This document shows, in pieces, positions 27,942 to 37,974 of a stretch of 64,000 nt of DNA. Within the stretch, counting starts at the first letter, position 1; the number at the start of each line of letters is the position of its first letter. The notes beneath the pieces are model-generated. The model searched no databases, was not told where the DNA came from, and worked only from the letters and a program-made list of their open reading frames with translations. This DNA is from Turneriella sp. (lineage in GTDB: Bacteria > Spirochaetota > Leptospiria > Turneriellales > Turneriellaceae), in assembly GCA_965279515.1 (NCBI GenBank), contig CBDIID010000003.1:4000001-4064000 (forward strand), read 5' to 3'. The position numbers and the translations under genes are program-made.

Positions 27942-28691
27942 ATGTCTGAAAAATTTTCTCCGCTCGCGCGTTTCGATTTCGGCCTCGCCTTTGAAGATGC
28001 CGGCAAAGGTTATGGCAGTAATGTCGCCATGGCTGCGCTCATTCTCTTCGTCGGCTCTTTGTTGATTATTGTTTCGGCGTTTACCGTTTTCGGTATTGTG
28101 TTCGCTTTACCCCACCTCGCCGCCGGTGTCGGTCTTGCAGGTTATTACATGACGAAAGGTAAGGTCCCGTTCAGCTCTCTATTTGTGGGTTTCCGGAAAT
28201 ACGGCCGCGTGCTCGGCGCCATGCTTATCGTTTGGGTAATTTTTATCGCCCTGACGCTGGTTTTTTCCGGGCCGTATTATTACCATCTTATTCTGGCTAT
28301 GTCGCCCGAAAGCGTTTCGGGTACCTCGGCGGAGCGCTTTGTGGCGGCGAGTTTAAGTCCCGAAGTGCAGCAATGGGCCAACTTGCAGTACCTCGCATAT
28401 CCGTTCCAGTTCTACCTGCAAGGGCGTCTGTTACCGCTCTTTCCGCTGCTGATCGACGAAGACCTGTCTGTCGGTGAGGCCTTTGCCACCAGCTGGTCGC
28501 TGACGTCAAAGACGCAATGGTACTTAATGCTGTTCATGTTGCTCGCGACGGTGATTTCCCTGGTTGCTTCGGTGGTCGGAATTATCGGGCTGATTGTCGG
28601 AATCTTTTTTACCCTGCCTTTTCCGATGGCATTGATCGGCGCCGCCACGAAGCAGCTCATGGCAGCAGGCCAACCTACCGAAAACGCTTAG
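27942..28691 (+). CDS. Hypothetical integral membrane protein
   Basis: Multiple TM helices; 'LF.GF' and 'EAF..SW.LT' patterns. Confidence 0.78.
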   Translation: MSEKFSPLARFDFGLAFEDAGKGYGSNVAMAALILFVGSLLIIVSAFTVFGIVFALPHLAAGVGLAGYYMTKGKVPFSSLFVGFRKYGRVLGAMLIVWVIFIALTLVFSGPYYYHLILAMSPESVSGTSAERFVAASLSPEVQQWANLQYLAYPFQFYLQGRLLPLFPLLIDEDLSVGEAFATSWSLTSKTQWYLMLFMLLATVISLVASVVGIIGLIVGIFFTLPFPMALIGAATKQLMAAGQPTENA

Positions 28692-29695
28692 AGGCGTATA
28701 CCCGCGGCGAGCATCACGCCGACGCCTGTCAGTTTCGGCGACACAATGTTGCGCGAGCTGACCTGGATCAACGTCTCGTCACCGTCGGTGACATCGCGTG
28801 CCTCGGCCCAATAGACCGGTATGCTGATGAGAAAGCGTACCGCACCGAATTTATATGTCAGTTCGGGTTTAAAAACCAGCATCGGGTTCATGCTGGTGAG
28901 TATCTGCTCGTTTTCCGCCGGCCCCCCGACGATGGAGATCCGCAGCGCCGAATACAGCACGCCGGCGCCAAAGCCCAGGTTGATGCCCAACGGGCCATCG
29001 TTGATAAGCCGGTAATAAAACATAAAAGCCACGGGGAAAAACTGGCCGTTGACGTTGATGGTGCTCTGCACCGCCTGGCCTGCGGAACTCACTACCGCCG
29101 AGGTTTTTGGCAGGCCGGCATAGCCGATGCTTAGCCCTAAAATAAAATTTTCAAAGTTCAGGCGCGGCTCGGCAAAAAATTGCCAGTGTAAAGCTGCGGC
29201 GCCACCCGAAGAGGTGCTCGAAAAACCACTGCCGACCTGTTGATTATACCGTGTCACTAAAGACGCTGCATACTCCGATGTGTAGTTTCCAACCGTATCA
29301 TTGTTAGCGAAATGGCCAGCCATACCCGCAGTGATTTCAAATTCACGGCCGACCGCCGGCCCGGACTTAGAGGTAGAGCTCTGTGAGGGTGGTGGTTCTG
29401 GCTGGAAAAAGAAGTAATATTTCCCGGTGACCGTGCGTACAAAGATCAGATTCTCGGTCGCGAGCTTTTTATCTTCACCTGTCACCGGATCTTTGATGAG
29501 AATTTCTTTTTCGCCGATGCCCAAAACTTTTGCTTTGGTGATGTGGCCGGCATTGTCTGAGATCTCATCGAGTGTTTCAGCCGCTGGCGCCGGTGTTTCC
29601 GCTACGGCAGAGCCGGCTTTTGCCTTAGGTTTTTCTTTGGCGTTCAGAGCTGCAAGGCAAAAAAGGCACAAAAACAAGATGTTCAAGAATTTCAT
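28688..29695 (-). CDS. Hypothetical exported / outer-membrane beta-barrel protein
   Basis: Signal peptide, small N-domain, Pro/Ser linker, amphipathic beta strands. Confidence 0.72.
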   Translation of the reverse strand: MKFLNILFLCLFCLAALNAKEKPKAKAGSAVAETPAPAAETLDEISDNAGHITKAKVLGIGEKEILIKDPVTGEDKKLATENLIFVRTVTGKYYFFFQPEPPPSQSSTSKSGPAVGREFEITAGMAGHFANNDTVGNYTSEYAASLVTRYNQQVGSGFSSTSSGGAAALHWQFFAEPRLNFENFILGLSIGYAGLPKTSAVVSSAGQAVQSTINVNGQFFPVAFMFYYRLINDGPLGINLGFGAGVLYSALRISIVGGPAENEQILTSMNPMLVFKPELTYKFGAVRFLISIPVYWAEARDVTDGDETLIQVSSRNIVSPKLTGVGVMLAAGIRL

Positions 29696-29755
29696 CCGCG
29701 TACCTCGGGTGTGTCCATGAGCGCGGGAAAGAATACACAGCGGTTCAGCATGGTT

Positions 29756-31486
29756 TCAGGCGATTTTTTCTGTGAGCAGGCTGCGTGCATGCGTCAGCGC
29801 TGATTCGGTGATGTTCTCCCCTGCGATCATACGGGCGATTTCCTGCAGGCGCTGCTCTTTGCTCAGGCGTGTGATGCGCGTGCCGTCTTCTTTATGTTTC
29901 GAGACCTTAAAGTGGCGCACTTCGTCGGGCGACAGGCCTGCGATCTGGTGCAGGTGGGTGATGACGAGAACCTGCGATGCGAGCGAAAGGCCGGCGAGCT
30001 TGCGCCCTACGGCTTCGGCGATGCGGCCGCCGACGCCGGCATCGACCTCGTCGAATACCATGGTATAGACAGGGTCTGTCTCAATGATGACTTTTTTGAT
30101 CGCAAGCATAATGCGGCTCATCTCGCCGCCCGAGGCAATTTTGCGCAAAGGGCGCAGCGTGTCGCGCGCAGAAGAGGCCATGAGAAACTCGACGATGTCG
30201 AGGCCAGTGGGTGCGATGACATACTTCTTCTCGGGAGAGGCTGACTGGGTGACAGTGCCGTCGTCGGCGTATTCCCAGCGGATCGAAATTTTGATCTGCG
30301 TCTCTTCCATGCCGAGCGCCTTCAGTTCTTGCTGTACCTTCTGCTCGAGTTCGAGCGAGGCGAGACGGCGTTTTTCAGACAGATACAGCGCCTTGTCTTT
30401 CATCTGCGCGTTTAACGTATCGATTTCTTTTCTCAGGCGCTCTTCTTCTCCCGAAGAAAGTTCGATGCCGGTAAGTTCGTTTTTGGCTTTGTCGAGATAA
30501 GCCTTCGCTTTCTCCAGTGAACCGCCATACTTGCGGCCCAGCGTCTGCAAGAGGCCAATACGCTCCCGCATCTCTTCGAGTTCTTCGGGGTTCAGTGAAT
30601 ACGATTCAGCCTTGGAGCGCACGAGGCGCGCGATTTCTTCGAGCGCATAATAACTTTCGCGGAATTGCGTGAGTATTTCTCCCAGCGATTCGTCATACTG
30701 CGAATCGGTTTCGAGCAGGCGTTCGATCGTGCCGCCGCGCGAAACAAAACCGCCTTCGCCGCCGAGAATCTGGTGGACGCTGTTGAGATCCGTAACAAGC
30801 GTTTCGGCGTTTGCGAGACTCTTCTCGCGGGTAATGAGTTCTTCGATTTCTCGCGGGTCGTCAATCTTCGCGGCCTCGAGCTCGCTGATCTCATGGCGCA
30901 AAATATCGACACGGCGCGCCTTGTCGTCTTCGCTGAGTGTCACGCTCGAAAGTTTCTGCCGGGCCTCTTCGCGCGCTTTATGTAACTTGCGCATTTCGCC
31001 GACGAGGTCGTTCAGGTGCGCGTAGCGGTCGAGAATCGAGCGGTGTGAGTCGACGCTGAGAATATTCTGGTGTTCATTCTGGCCGTGGATATCGACGAGA
31101 AATTTGCCGATCTCGCGCAAAACGGAAGAGGGTACCTGGCGGGCGTTGACAAAGCTGCGGCCCTTGCCCTCGACGTTGATCTCACGGCGCAGCAACAAAC
31201 TGCCTTCGTCGTCGTCGAGGCCCTGGTCGGCCAGTAGTGCACGCAATGCCTTTGCGCCCGCCCTTGTATCGGGCGGCATTGCAAAGGAGGCCTCTACCGT
31301 GGCGCGTTTTGAGCCCGAGCGTATCATGTCGGTCGTGGCCTTGTAACCCAGGACGAGGGAGAGCGCACCCAACAGGACAGATTTGCCCGCACCGGTTTCT
31401 CCCGTGATGAGGTTGAGCCCCGACCCAAACTGTATATTCAGCTCGCGGATGAGGGCGAAATCTTTAACCGTCAGAGATTCAAGCAT
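29756..31486 (-). CDS. recN: DNA repair protein RecN
   Basis: TGETGAGKS, IHGQNEH, ASGGEMSRIML, FDEVDAGVGG, ITHL.QIA. Confidence 0.95.
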   Translation of the reverse strand: MLESLTVKDFALIRELNIQFGSGLNLITGETGAGKSVLLGALSLVLGYKATTDMIRSGSKRATVEASFAMPPDTRAGAKALRALLADQGLDDDEGSLLLRREINVEGKGRSFVNARQVPSSVLREIGKFLVDIHGQNEHQNILSVDSHRSILDRYAHLNDLVGEMRKLHKAREEARQKLSSVTLSEDDKARRVDILRHEISELEAAKIDDPREIEELITREKSLANAETLVTDLNSVHQILGGEGGFVSRGGTIERLLETDSQYDESLGEILTQFRESYYALEEIARLVRSKAESYSLNPEELEEMRERIGLLQTLGRKYGGSLEKAKAYLDKAKNELTGIELSSGEEERLRKEIDTLNAQMKDKALYLSEKRRLASLELEQKVQQELKALGMEETQIKISIRWEYADDGTVTQSASPEKKYVIAPTGLDIVEFLMASSARDTLRPLRKIASGGEMSRIMLAIKKVIIETDPVYTMVFDEVDAGVGGRIAEAVGRKLAGLSLASQVLVITHLHQIAGLSPDEVRHFKVSKHKEDGTRITRLSKEQRLQEIARMIAGENITESALTHARSLLTEKIA

Positions 31487-31494
31487 CGTTTTTT

Positions 31495-31522
31495 GCAGAG
31501 ACGCAGAGTTCTGCGTCTCTAC
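31495..31522. repeat. GTAG-type REP palindrome
   Basis: Minus strand GTAGAGACGCAGAACTCTGCGTCTCTGC; 11-bp perfect inverted repeat. Confidence 0.65.
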
Positions 31523-31596
31523 GCAATTAAGGTGCCGGACGCCGCGCAAAGAGTTTTTCCGTATTTGCAGAGTGTCTCCGCTTCCGAAAAAGCCAT

Positions 31597-32184
31597 GTGC
31601 GTTTTATCGACTTCGATGTGCAAAAGCCTGACTTCCAGACGCTGAAGGCGGCCGCAGAACTGCTCGCCGACGACTACCCGGTCGTGTTCCCGAGCGATAC
31701 CACGTATGGCATCCTCATGCGTTTTACGCCTGAAAATGCCCGGCGCCTGCACGCGATCCGCCGCGAAAATACCGACAAACCCTTTCTCGTGGTTGTCTCT
31801 GAAGATTTTGGCTGGCAGTCGCTCATTCAGGCGGATGCCCTGCCGCGGGAAAATCGGGCCGCCGTCGATGCGTATTGGCCCGGGGCGAATACGCTGGTTT
31901 TTACGAAAGCGCCGTCCCTCACATACCCCGCCGGAGATTCGATTGCCATCCGCATGCCGGCGCTTGAAAGCAATAAGGCATTCCACACCCTCATCCAGCT
32001 CTGCGACTTTGCTGTCCTCGCGCCGTCATTCAACCGCCCGGGCGAGCCGGTCATTCTGAACAAGGCTGAAGGTATTGAAAAATTTCCCGAAATTGAATAC
32101 GGTTTTTGGGATGACCGCTTTGCTGCAGGCCCGCCGTCTGCAATTTGGGACATGCGCACCGTGCCACCACTGAAGCTGCGCTAG
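31597..32184 (+). CDS. tsaC: L-threonylcarbamoyl-AMP synthase (Sua5/YrdC)
   Basis: FPSDTTYGI, R...KP, YWPG..T, IAIRMP, SFNRPG. Confidence 0.85.
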   Translation: MRFIDFDVQKPDFQTLKAAAELLADDYPVVFPSDTTYGILMRFTPENARRLHAIRRENTDKPFLVVVSEDFGWQSLIQADALPRENRAAVDAYWPGANTLVFTKAPSLTYPAGDSIAIRMPALESNKAFHTLIQLCDFAVLAPSFNRPGEPVILNKAEGIEKFPEIEYGFWDDRFAAGPPSAIWDMRTVPPLKLR

Positions 32185-32211
32185 TTGATGAAATAAAATA
32201 TGCGGGTGGTA

Positions 32212-32233
32212 GGGCCCCCTGTTCAGGGGGCCC
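32212..32233. repeat. GC-rich intergenic hairpin
   Basis: GGGCCCCCTG-TT-CAGGGGGCCC. Confidence 0.55.
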
Positions 32234-32282
32234 CGCAAATTATTAACTATTGACCTGCCTCAACCAGATTGTTCTTATAACC

Positions 32283-32900
32283 ATGGCCATCGGTATCGTC
32301 GAGAACGATTCTGCTTTCCGCGACAATTTGCTGCTGACTCTCAAGCAGCTCATGCCGCGCACCAAACTTTCATGGTGGCAAAGTGCTGAAGGCTTGCTCA
32401 AAGAAGATTTACAGATCTTGCCTGATATTTTGCTGCTCGACGTGATGTTGCCGGGTATGACGGGAATCGATCTCACGCGCGAACTGATGCGCAGGGGTTA
32501 CGCGGGAAAAATAGTGATTCTCACGAACATGAACTCCGACGAGCTTATTTTGCAGGCGATTGAAAGCGGCGCCGTCGGATACGTGCTCAAATCAGACCGC
32601 AATGAATTGAAAAACATCATCGATACGGTCGCTGCCGGCGGCGCTATTTTGACGCCGACGATTGCCCTGCGGGTTATGACGGCGCTGCGCGAACGCCGCG
32701 CCGATTCCAGTGAGTTTGGCCTTTCAGAACGCCTGCAACAGGTTCTCGATCACATGGTTGCAGGAAAAACCATTCCCCAGGTGGCTAAGGCATTGAAGCT
32801 GAGCCCGGCCACTGTACATGGTTATGTAAAGGATATTTACAAGAAACTGAATGTCCATAACCGCGTCGAGCTTGCGCACCGGGTGCGGCGCGCTGTCTAA
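32283..32900 (+). CDS. NarL/LuxR family response regulator
   Basis: LLDVMLPG, ILT, GYVLK receiver motifs; C-terminal LuxR HTH (TV..Y...IYKKL.V.NR). Confidence 0.92.
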   Translation: MAIGIVENDSAFRDNLLLTLKQLMPRTKLSWWQSAEGLLKEDLQILPDILLLDVMLPGMTGIDLTRELMRRGYAGKIVILTNMNSDELILQAIESGAVGYVLKSDRNELKNIIDTVAAGGAILTPTIALRVMTALRERRADSSEFGLSERLQQVLDHMVAGKTIPQVAKALKLSPATVHGYVKDIYKKLNVHNRVELAHRVRRAV

Positions 32901-32939
32901 AAGAGTTCCCGGCGGATCGTCTTCTGGTAAACCCGGCAT

Positions 32940-34793
32940 GTGACATTTTCTGTCCTGCGCAGAGCCTTGTGTTGCGGCCTTTTTTTCCTCTGCAGTCTTG
33001 GAGCTATCTCCGCTGAACAAATCGTAGAACCCAACGAAAAAGACGTCATCGATCTCCATAACTACCAGTGGGAGCTCTACTGGAAAAAATTTATCGCCCC
33101 TTCGGAATTCGCCGACGGAACAGCCCCGCAAGCCGACGCGATTATGCAGCCGCTGACAATCTGGAACGGGCGTAAGTTAAAAAATGAAACCGCGCCGTCT
33201 TTCGGCTTTGCGACATACCGGATTAAACTGAAAATCCAAGGCAGACATGAACGGTTGGCTGTTCGGCTGATTGCACCGTTAACGAGCTACCGGCTCTACA
33301 TCAATGGCGAAAAAATGTCGCAAATCGGTGTGCCTTCCGAATCTCCGGCGGGCTTTGTTGCACAACGACGTTCATCCCTCGTCTTTTTCTCTCCGCAGGG
33401 GGCCGATCTGGAAATTATCGTGCACGTGGCAAATTTTCTGCACAATAAGGGCGGTTTGCGGGGTGGCTTTTTTCTCGGCCGTGCCGAAGTGATCCAGGCC
33501 TATGCCATGCGTTATCTGGCAATTGATCTCTTTGCCATCGGGCTTATCTTTGCCATCATGCTCTACCACCTTCTCGTATTTATCCTGACACGTAAGGATA
33601 TCTCAATCCTCGTTTTTGCCGTCCTTGCGTTTGATTATTTCCTGCTCGCCTTCACCTTCGGCGAACAGGCCATTTCGTTGTTCTTGCCGAATCTGCCACT
33701 GGATACACATCTTAAGTTCGGAGCTTTCTGCATTTATATACTACCTCCGTTGATTCTGCACTTCACCACGTTGCTGTTCCCCGGTATATTGCCGCGTTTT
33801 GTTCTGTGGTTGTATTGGGCTATTGCCCTGATCATGGCTGCTTTTTTAATTCTGCCCCCGGTCTTTTTTACCTCCTACAATGTTTTCTACTATGGATGCG
33901 TCGGCCTCTCGGTCGGGATATTGAGCCTGTGGATTGCAATCCGCGCCTACCGGGACAAGCGTGCCGGTGCAGTGTTGTTCGCCCTCGGCCTGCTGTTTTT
34001 AGTTAGCCTAACCGTGTATGCGATTTACCTGTTCACCAGCCATTCACAGGCCGGCAGTTTTCTCTCCATCGGTTTTTGTTTATTTGCTCTCTTTCAATCC
34101 GCGTCGCTCGCGTATAACCATTCGGTACTGGACAGAATCAACGGAGAAATGCAGGACCGCCTGGAGCGCAGCCGTTTTGCCCTGGAGAACCAAAGAAAAC
34201 AGATCGAGGCCAATCTGCACGACAGCCTGGGCGGCAATCTAACCGACATCAAGCTCAGTATCGAAGAATTGGTGCGCCAGCACAGGGCGGCAGGGCTGCA
34301 AGCCGATCTGATCAGGCTGGACCACCGGGTTGCCGGCACAATCACTTCGCTGCGCACAGAATTGCTTTTTCTTGAGGACCTTGAGCTCGTGATGAAGGAT
34401 TTTATTTCCGGCATTAACCTGATTTTATTGCGCCGGTACCAGATGGTCAAACGGGAAGTGAATATCCAAATCACTTCAGCAAGCCGCGACTGCGGCCGCT
34501 GGCTCGAGGGCCGGGGCCTATTGAACGAACAAAATAAACTCGAACTCTGTATGATCGTTCAGGAACTCTGCAATAACAGCCTGAAACACGGCAAAGGTTC
34601 GGCTGTGTGGAACATTGAAGCGGAACCACAAAAACTGGCGATTCGGTTCCAGGGCCGCACGGTCAAAAAAGCCAGTAAGCTGGGCTTGGGGCAGGAAACG
34701 CTGCGCGAACGAGCACATAAAATTGAGGCCGAATACGCGGCGCAGCTGAAAAACGGCGCCTATTCGGCCGAACTCGTCCTGAAGTTTCCATAA
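32940..34793 (+). CDS. 7TM-DISM sensor histidine kinase (HisKA_3 type)
   Basis: Extracellular beta domain (GFATYR), about seven TM helices, LHDSLG H-box, QELCNNSLKHG N-box. Confidence 0.82.
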   Translation: MTFSVLRRALCCGLFFLCSLGAISAEQIVEPNEKDVIDLHNYQWELYWKKFIAPSEFADGTAPQADAIMQPLTIWNGRKLKNETAPSFGFATYRIKLKIQGRHERLAVRLIAPLTSYRLYINGEKMSQIGVPSESPAGFVAQRRSSLVFFSPQGADLEIIVHVANFLHNKGGLRGGFFLGRAEVIQAYAMRYLAIDLFAIGLIFAIMLYHLLVFILTRKDISILVFAVLAFDYFLLAFTFGEQAISLFLPNLPLDTHLKFGAFCIYILPPLILHFTTLLFPGILPRFVLWLYWAIALIMAAFLILPPVFFTSYNVFYYGCVGLSVGILSLWIAIRAYRDKRAGAVLFALGLLFLVSLTVYAIYLFTSHSQAGSFLSIGFCLFALFQSASLAYNHSVLDRINGEMQDRLERSRFALENQRKQIEANLHDSLGGNLTDIKLSIEELVRQHRAAGLQADLIRLDHRVAGTITSLRTELLFLEDLELVMKDFISGINLILLRRYQMVKREVNIQITSASRDCGRWLEGRGLLNEQNKLELCMIVQELCNNSLKHGKGSAVWNIEAEPQKLAIRFQGRTVKKASKLGLGQETLRERAHKIEAEYAAQLKNGAYSAELVLKFP

Positions 34794-34854
34794 CCGGGTT
34801 GTTTGATGCCTTGAAAGCGCTTGGCACGCTGAGTTAGAGTCATACTCAAGCGTT

Positions 34855-35856
34855 ATGTGGATGGCGGTCGATGCAATGAGCGGCGACCACGGGCCGACTC
34901 CGCTCGTGGCGGGTTCGGTGGGTGCAGCGCGCGAACTCGATGCCCACGTCGTTCTTGTCGGCGACGAAAAAATTCTCGGAGCAGAACTCAAACGCCAGGA
35001 TTATACGGGCGATAATATCCGTATCGCGCATGCTTCCGAAATCATCACGATGGAAGATTCACCGGCTATGGCTGTGCGCCAGAAAAAAAACGCTTCCGTG
35101 AATGTCGCCGCCAGGCTCGTGGCAGAGGGCAAGGCGCTCGGATTTTTCTCTCCGGGAAATACCGGCGCCGCGATGGCTGCCGCACTCTCGCAGATGGGCC
35201 GCCTGCCGGGCGTCAAACGCCCCGCGATCGCGACGCCGATACCGCGTGAAGACGGCATGGCCACCGTGCTGCTCGACTCGGGTGCCAACGTCGACTGCAA
35301 GCCTGAGTATCTTGTACAGTTTGCAATCATGGGCGAGGTTTATTCGCGCGAAATTATGGGGGTCATCAACCCCAAGATCGGTCTTATTTCGAATGGTGAA
35401 GAAGATACCAAGGGCAATGAGCTGACACTGTCAGCGCTCCACAAACTCAAAAAACTGCCCTATGATTTTGTCGGCAATGTCGAGGGCCGTGACCTCTATG
35501 GCACAGGCAAACAGGTACATGTGGTTGTCTGCGACGGTTTTGTCGGCAATATTATGCTGAAGACGATCGAAGGTCTGGCCAAGACGATCTTTTCGAGTCT
35601 CAAGAAAAACATCAACGCATCGGCGATTGCACAAGGCGGCGCACTGATGATGAAACCGGCATTCATGGCGGTAAAAAACCGCATGGACTATGCTACCTAT
35701 GGCGGGGCGCCACTTCTGGGCGTCGCCGGTGTCTGTATCATCGGTCACGGTTCGTCGAGTGCACGCGCCGTGAGAAATGCGATCCGCGTGGGGCTCGAAT
35801 TCGGGCAGAAAAATGTCACGCAGCGCATTGCAGAAAATATTAAAAGGTTTGGTTAG
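34855..35856 (+). CDS. plsX: Phosphate acyltransferase PlsX
   Basis: AVDAMSGD, GNTGA, RPAI, LD.GAN, GEE..KG, VCDGFVGN, YGGAPLLG, HGSS. Confidence 0.96.
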   Translation: MWMAVDAMSGDHGPTPLVAGSVGAARELDAHVVLVGDEKILGAELKRQDYTGDNIRIAHASEIITMEDSPAMAVRQKKNASVNVAARLVAEGKALGFFSPGNTGAAMAAALSQMGRLPGVKRPAIATPIPREDGMATVLLDSGANVDCKPEYLVQFAIMGEVYSREIMGVINPKIGLISNGEEDTKGNELTLSALHKLKKLPYDFVGNVEGRDLYGTGKQVHVVVCDGFVGNIMLKTIEGLAKTIFSSLKKNINASAIAQGGALMMKPAFMAVKNRMDYATYGGAPLLGVAGVCIIGHGSSSARAVRNAIRVGLEFGQKNVTQRIAENIKRFG

Positions 35857-35859
35857 TTT

Positions 35860-36225
35860 ATGTTGGTGTCACTTCTCAGGGCAAAAATCCACCGCGCGGA
35901 AATTACGGACGCGAATCTTCACTACGAAGGCAGCCTCACTCTCGATGAAGATTTTCTCGATGCTTCGGGTCTTCTCGAATTCGAGAAAATCCATGTCGTC
36001 AACGTCAATAATGGCGCGCGGCTTGAGACCTATATCATCAAAGGCAAACGCGGTTCGCGCGAAGTCTGCCTGAACGGTGCCGCGGCGCGGCTGGGGCACC
36101 GGGGTGATAAGATCATCATCATTGCTTATGCACAGATGAGCCTGGAAGAGGCGCAAAAATTCCAGCCGAAAATTGTGCTGTTAGGCGAAAACAATATAAT
36201 CCAGAAAATTCTGCCCGTCGTCTAG
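35860..36225 (+). CDS. panD: Aspartate 1-decarboxylase
   Basis: KIHRA.IT.A.L.YEGS, NG.R.ETY, LNGAAAR. Confidence 0.96.
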   Translation: MLVSLLRAKIHRAEITDANLHYEGSLTLDEDFLDASGLLEFEKIHVVNVNNGARLETYIIKGKRGSREVCLNGAAARLGHRGDKIIIIAYAQMSLEEAQKFQPKIVLLGENNIIQKILPVV

Positions 36226-37115
36226 CGCAGTTTCAGGGTCTTCTTCATCCAGCCTTCAATATCCTTGAAGATCTTGAGGCGGTTGAGTTCGTTAAAGTTT
36301 TCATGAAAATTCTGCGGGTAGAGATCGTAGTGCAATAGTTTTGGATTGATTTTCTGCGCGAGGGCTTCCGTCACCTTGATGTCGGCCAGGTGGTCATCAC
36401 CGGCAACAACGAGAAATAGCGGCTGGTTCCACTTGTGAAAGATGCCAGCCAGGTCTGCGTGTGCCTTGAGAAGTGCATTGCCAAAACGGATTGTCGACTC
36501 TTTCGCACGGATATGGTCTTTTTCATCTTCGTAGTGGCGGCGCGTAATGTCAGCGTCATGCGTCAGGCTGTCGGTGAGCGATGGCGCCGGCACTTTCATT
36601 TTTGGCAGAATCGCCGCCATGGGTTTTGAAAGCGCGACCAGTATCTTGGGTACTTTCACCGCGTTGCCGAAATAAGGCGATGACATGATGTAACCTTTGA
36701 CGGCCGCATCTCCGTGCGGTAGGCGCTGTAAGACAAAGTGAGCGGTGATCAGGGCGCCCATCGAGTGTGTCAGGAAAACAATCGGTTTTTTCGGATATTT
36801 TGTTTTCACCCATTGCAGGAAAAGTTCCATGTCATCTAAAAAAATCTGGAACGAGGGGATATCCACACGGGCTCTCTCTGCATGGCCGTGCATGTCGAAA
36901 CTGACTGTCGCCCAACCTTTTTTCTTAAAATGCAGCGCGGGCGTTACCCAGTCGCCGGCATGGGCCAGGCCGCCGTGAACGGCTAAAAAAACACCCTTGG
37001 GTTTTGCCGGCCCCCAGATGTGTATCTTACGCTGAACGCCGTCGCTGCAAGGCAGCGTGTCGAGAGCATCTTCAGAGAAGCGGTTTTTGGTAGTGGTGGG
37101 TTTCTTTTGCGCCAT
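36222..37115 (-). CDS. Lysophospholipase-like alpha/beta hydrolase
   Basis: VHGG..H, DMHGH, HSMG nucleophile, D and HE triad residues. Confidence 0.87.
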   Translation of the reverse strand: MAQKKPTTTKNRFSEDALDTLPCSDGVQRKIHIWGPAKPKGVFLAVHGGLAHAGDWVTPALHFKKKGWATVSFDMHGHAERARVDIPSFQIFLDDMELFLQWVKTKYPKKPIVFLTHSMGALITAHFVLQRLPHGDAAVKGYIMSSPYFGNAVKVPKILVALSKPMAAILPKMKVPAPSLTDSLTHDADITRRHYEDEKDHIRAKESTIRFGNALLKAHADLAGIFHKWNQPLFLVVAGDDHLADIKVTEALAQKINPKLLHYDLYPQNFHENFNELNRLKIFKDIEGWMKKTLKLR

Positions 37116-37160
37116 AATAATCGTCTGCTTTTGCCCTGCGGGGCCTCTGTCATGCTCTTT

Positions 37161-37949
37161 TCAGTCGGCGCTGTAACTGCAGCGCAGGCGCTGTGGTTTC
37201 TTAGCGAGCTTCACTTGGGTCGCGGCGCTGCGGCGCTCATCTTTCACAGCTGTGACTGTCAGGGGAATTTCCGTCTGTTTTTCATTCTCCTCCACGACGC
37301 AGCGTATCTGATCGTTTTTGTAACCGATGCCGAGAAAACCGCTGCGGGCTCCGATACTCAGCTGAACAGACGCGGTAATATTGTCGGCCCATTGCCACTC
37401 GGCGATCGGCCAGAGTTCATAGGTAAAGCCCTGCGTCCAATTGCCATTACTGAAGTAGCTATGGCCGCGCTCGTCATAGCTGAGGGCCTGGCGGTATTGA
37501 ATCTCCAGCTCGCCTTCGCCTTTTTCAAATTCCAGAATTTGTTCTGCGATTTGCAGGTTTTTCATGGCATCGGGGCAGAATGAGCACAGCTTTCTATCGT
37601 CAATTTTCCGGGTTTGCGGCGCCGCAGTGAAAAGTTTTTCCCGGTAGCGGAAGCTGACGTTGCCCGAGCCCGAAAACACAAAACTCAGTTTCACTTTTTC
37701 GTCCGCGGCCGCGAAAATTTTATAACGTACCCGGGCATCGCAGGCGCGCGCGGCGAACAGGTCAAAATTCATTTTGCCGGTATGCGCTTCGGGGCAATGG
37801 AATTCCAGGGTTTCGCCGAGAACTTTGAGTGCGGCTTTTTCAGCCCTGAGTTCGCTGCCGGCGCGGTCGATGCGCACGGGAGCACGCAGGTTGGGCCAGA
37901 CGCCGGTCGCTGCGCACAGGAAAATGAAAAAGACTTTGCGGAGAATCAT
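37161..37949 (-). CDS. Hypothetical exported protein
   Basis: Signal peptide, Cys pairs, beta-rich; start 37949 or 37976. Confidence 0.68.
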   Translation of the reverse strand: MILRKVFFIFLCAATGVWPNLRAPVRIDRAGSELRAEKAALKVLGETLEFHCPEAHTGKMNFDLFAARACDARVRYKIFAAADEKVKLSFVFSGSGNVSFRYREKLFTAAPQTRKIDDRKLCSFCPDAMKNLQIAEQILEFEKGEGELEIQYRQALSYDERGHSYFSNGNWTQGFTYELWPIAEWQWADNITASVQLSIGARSGFLGIGYKNDQIRCVVEENEKQTEIPLTVTAVKDERRSAATQVKLAKKPQRLRCSYSAD

Positions 37950-37974
37950 GCGCCTCGAAAGGCATTTGCACATC

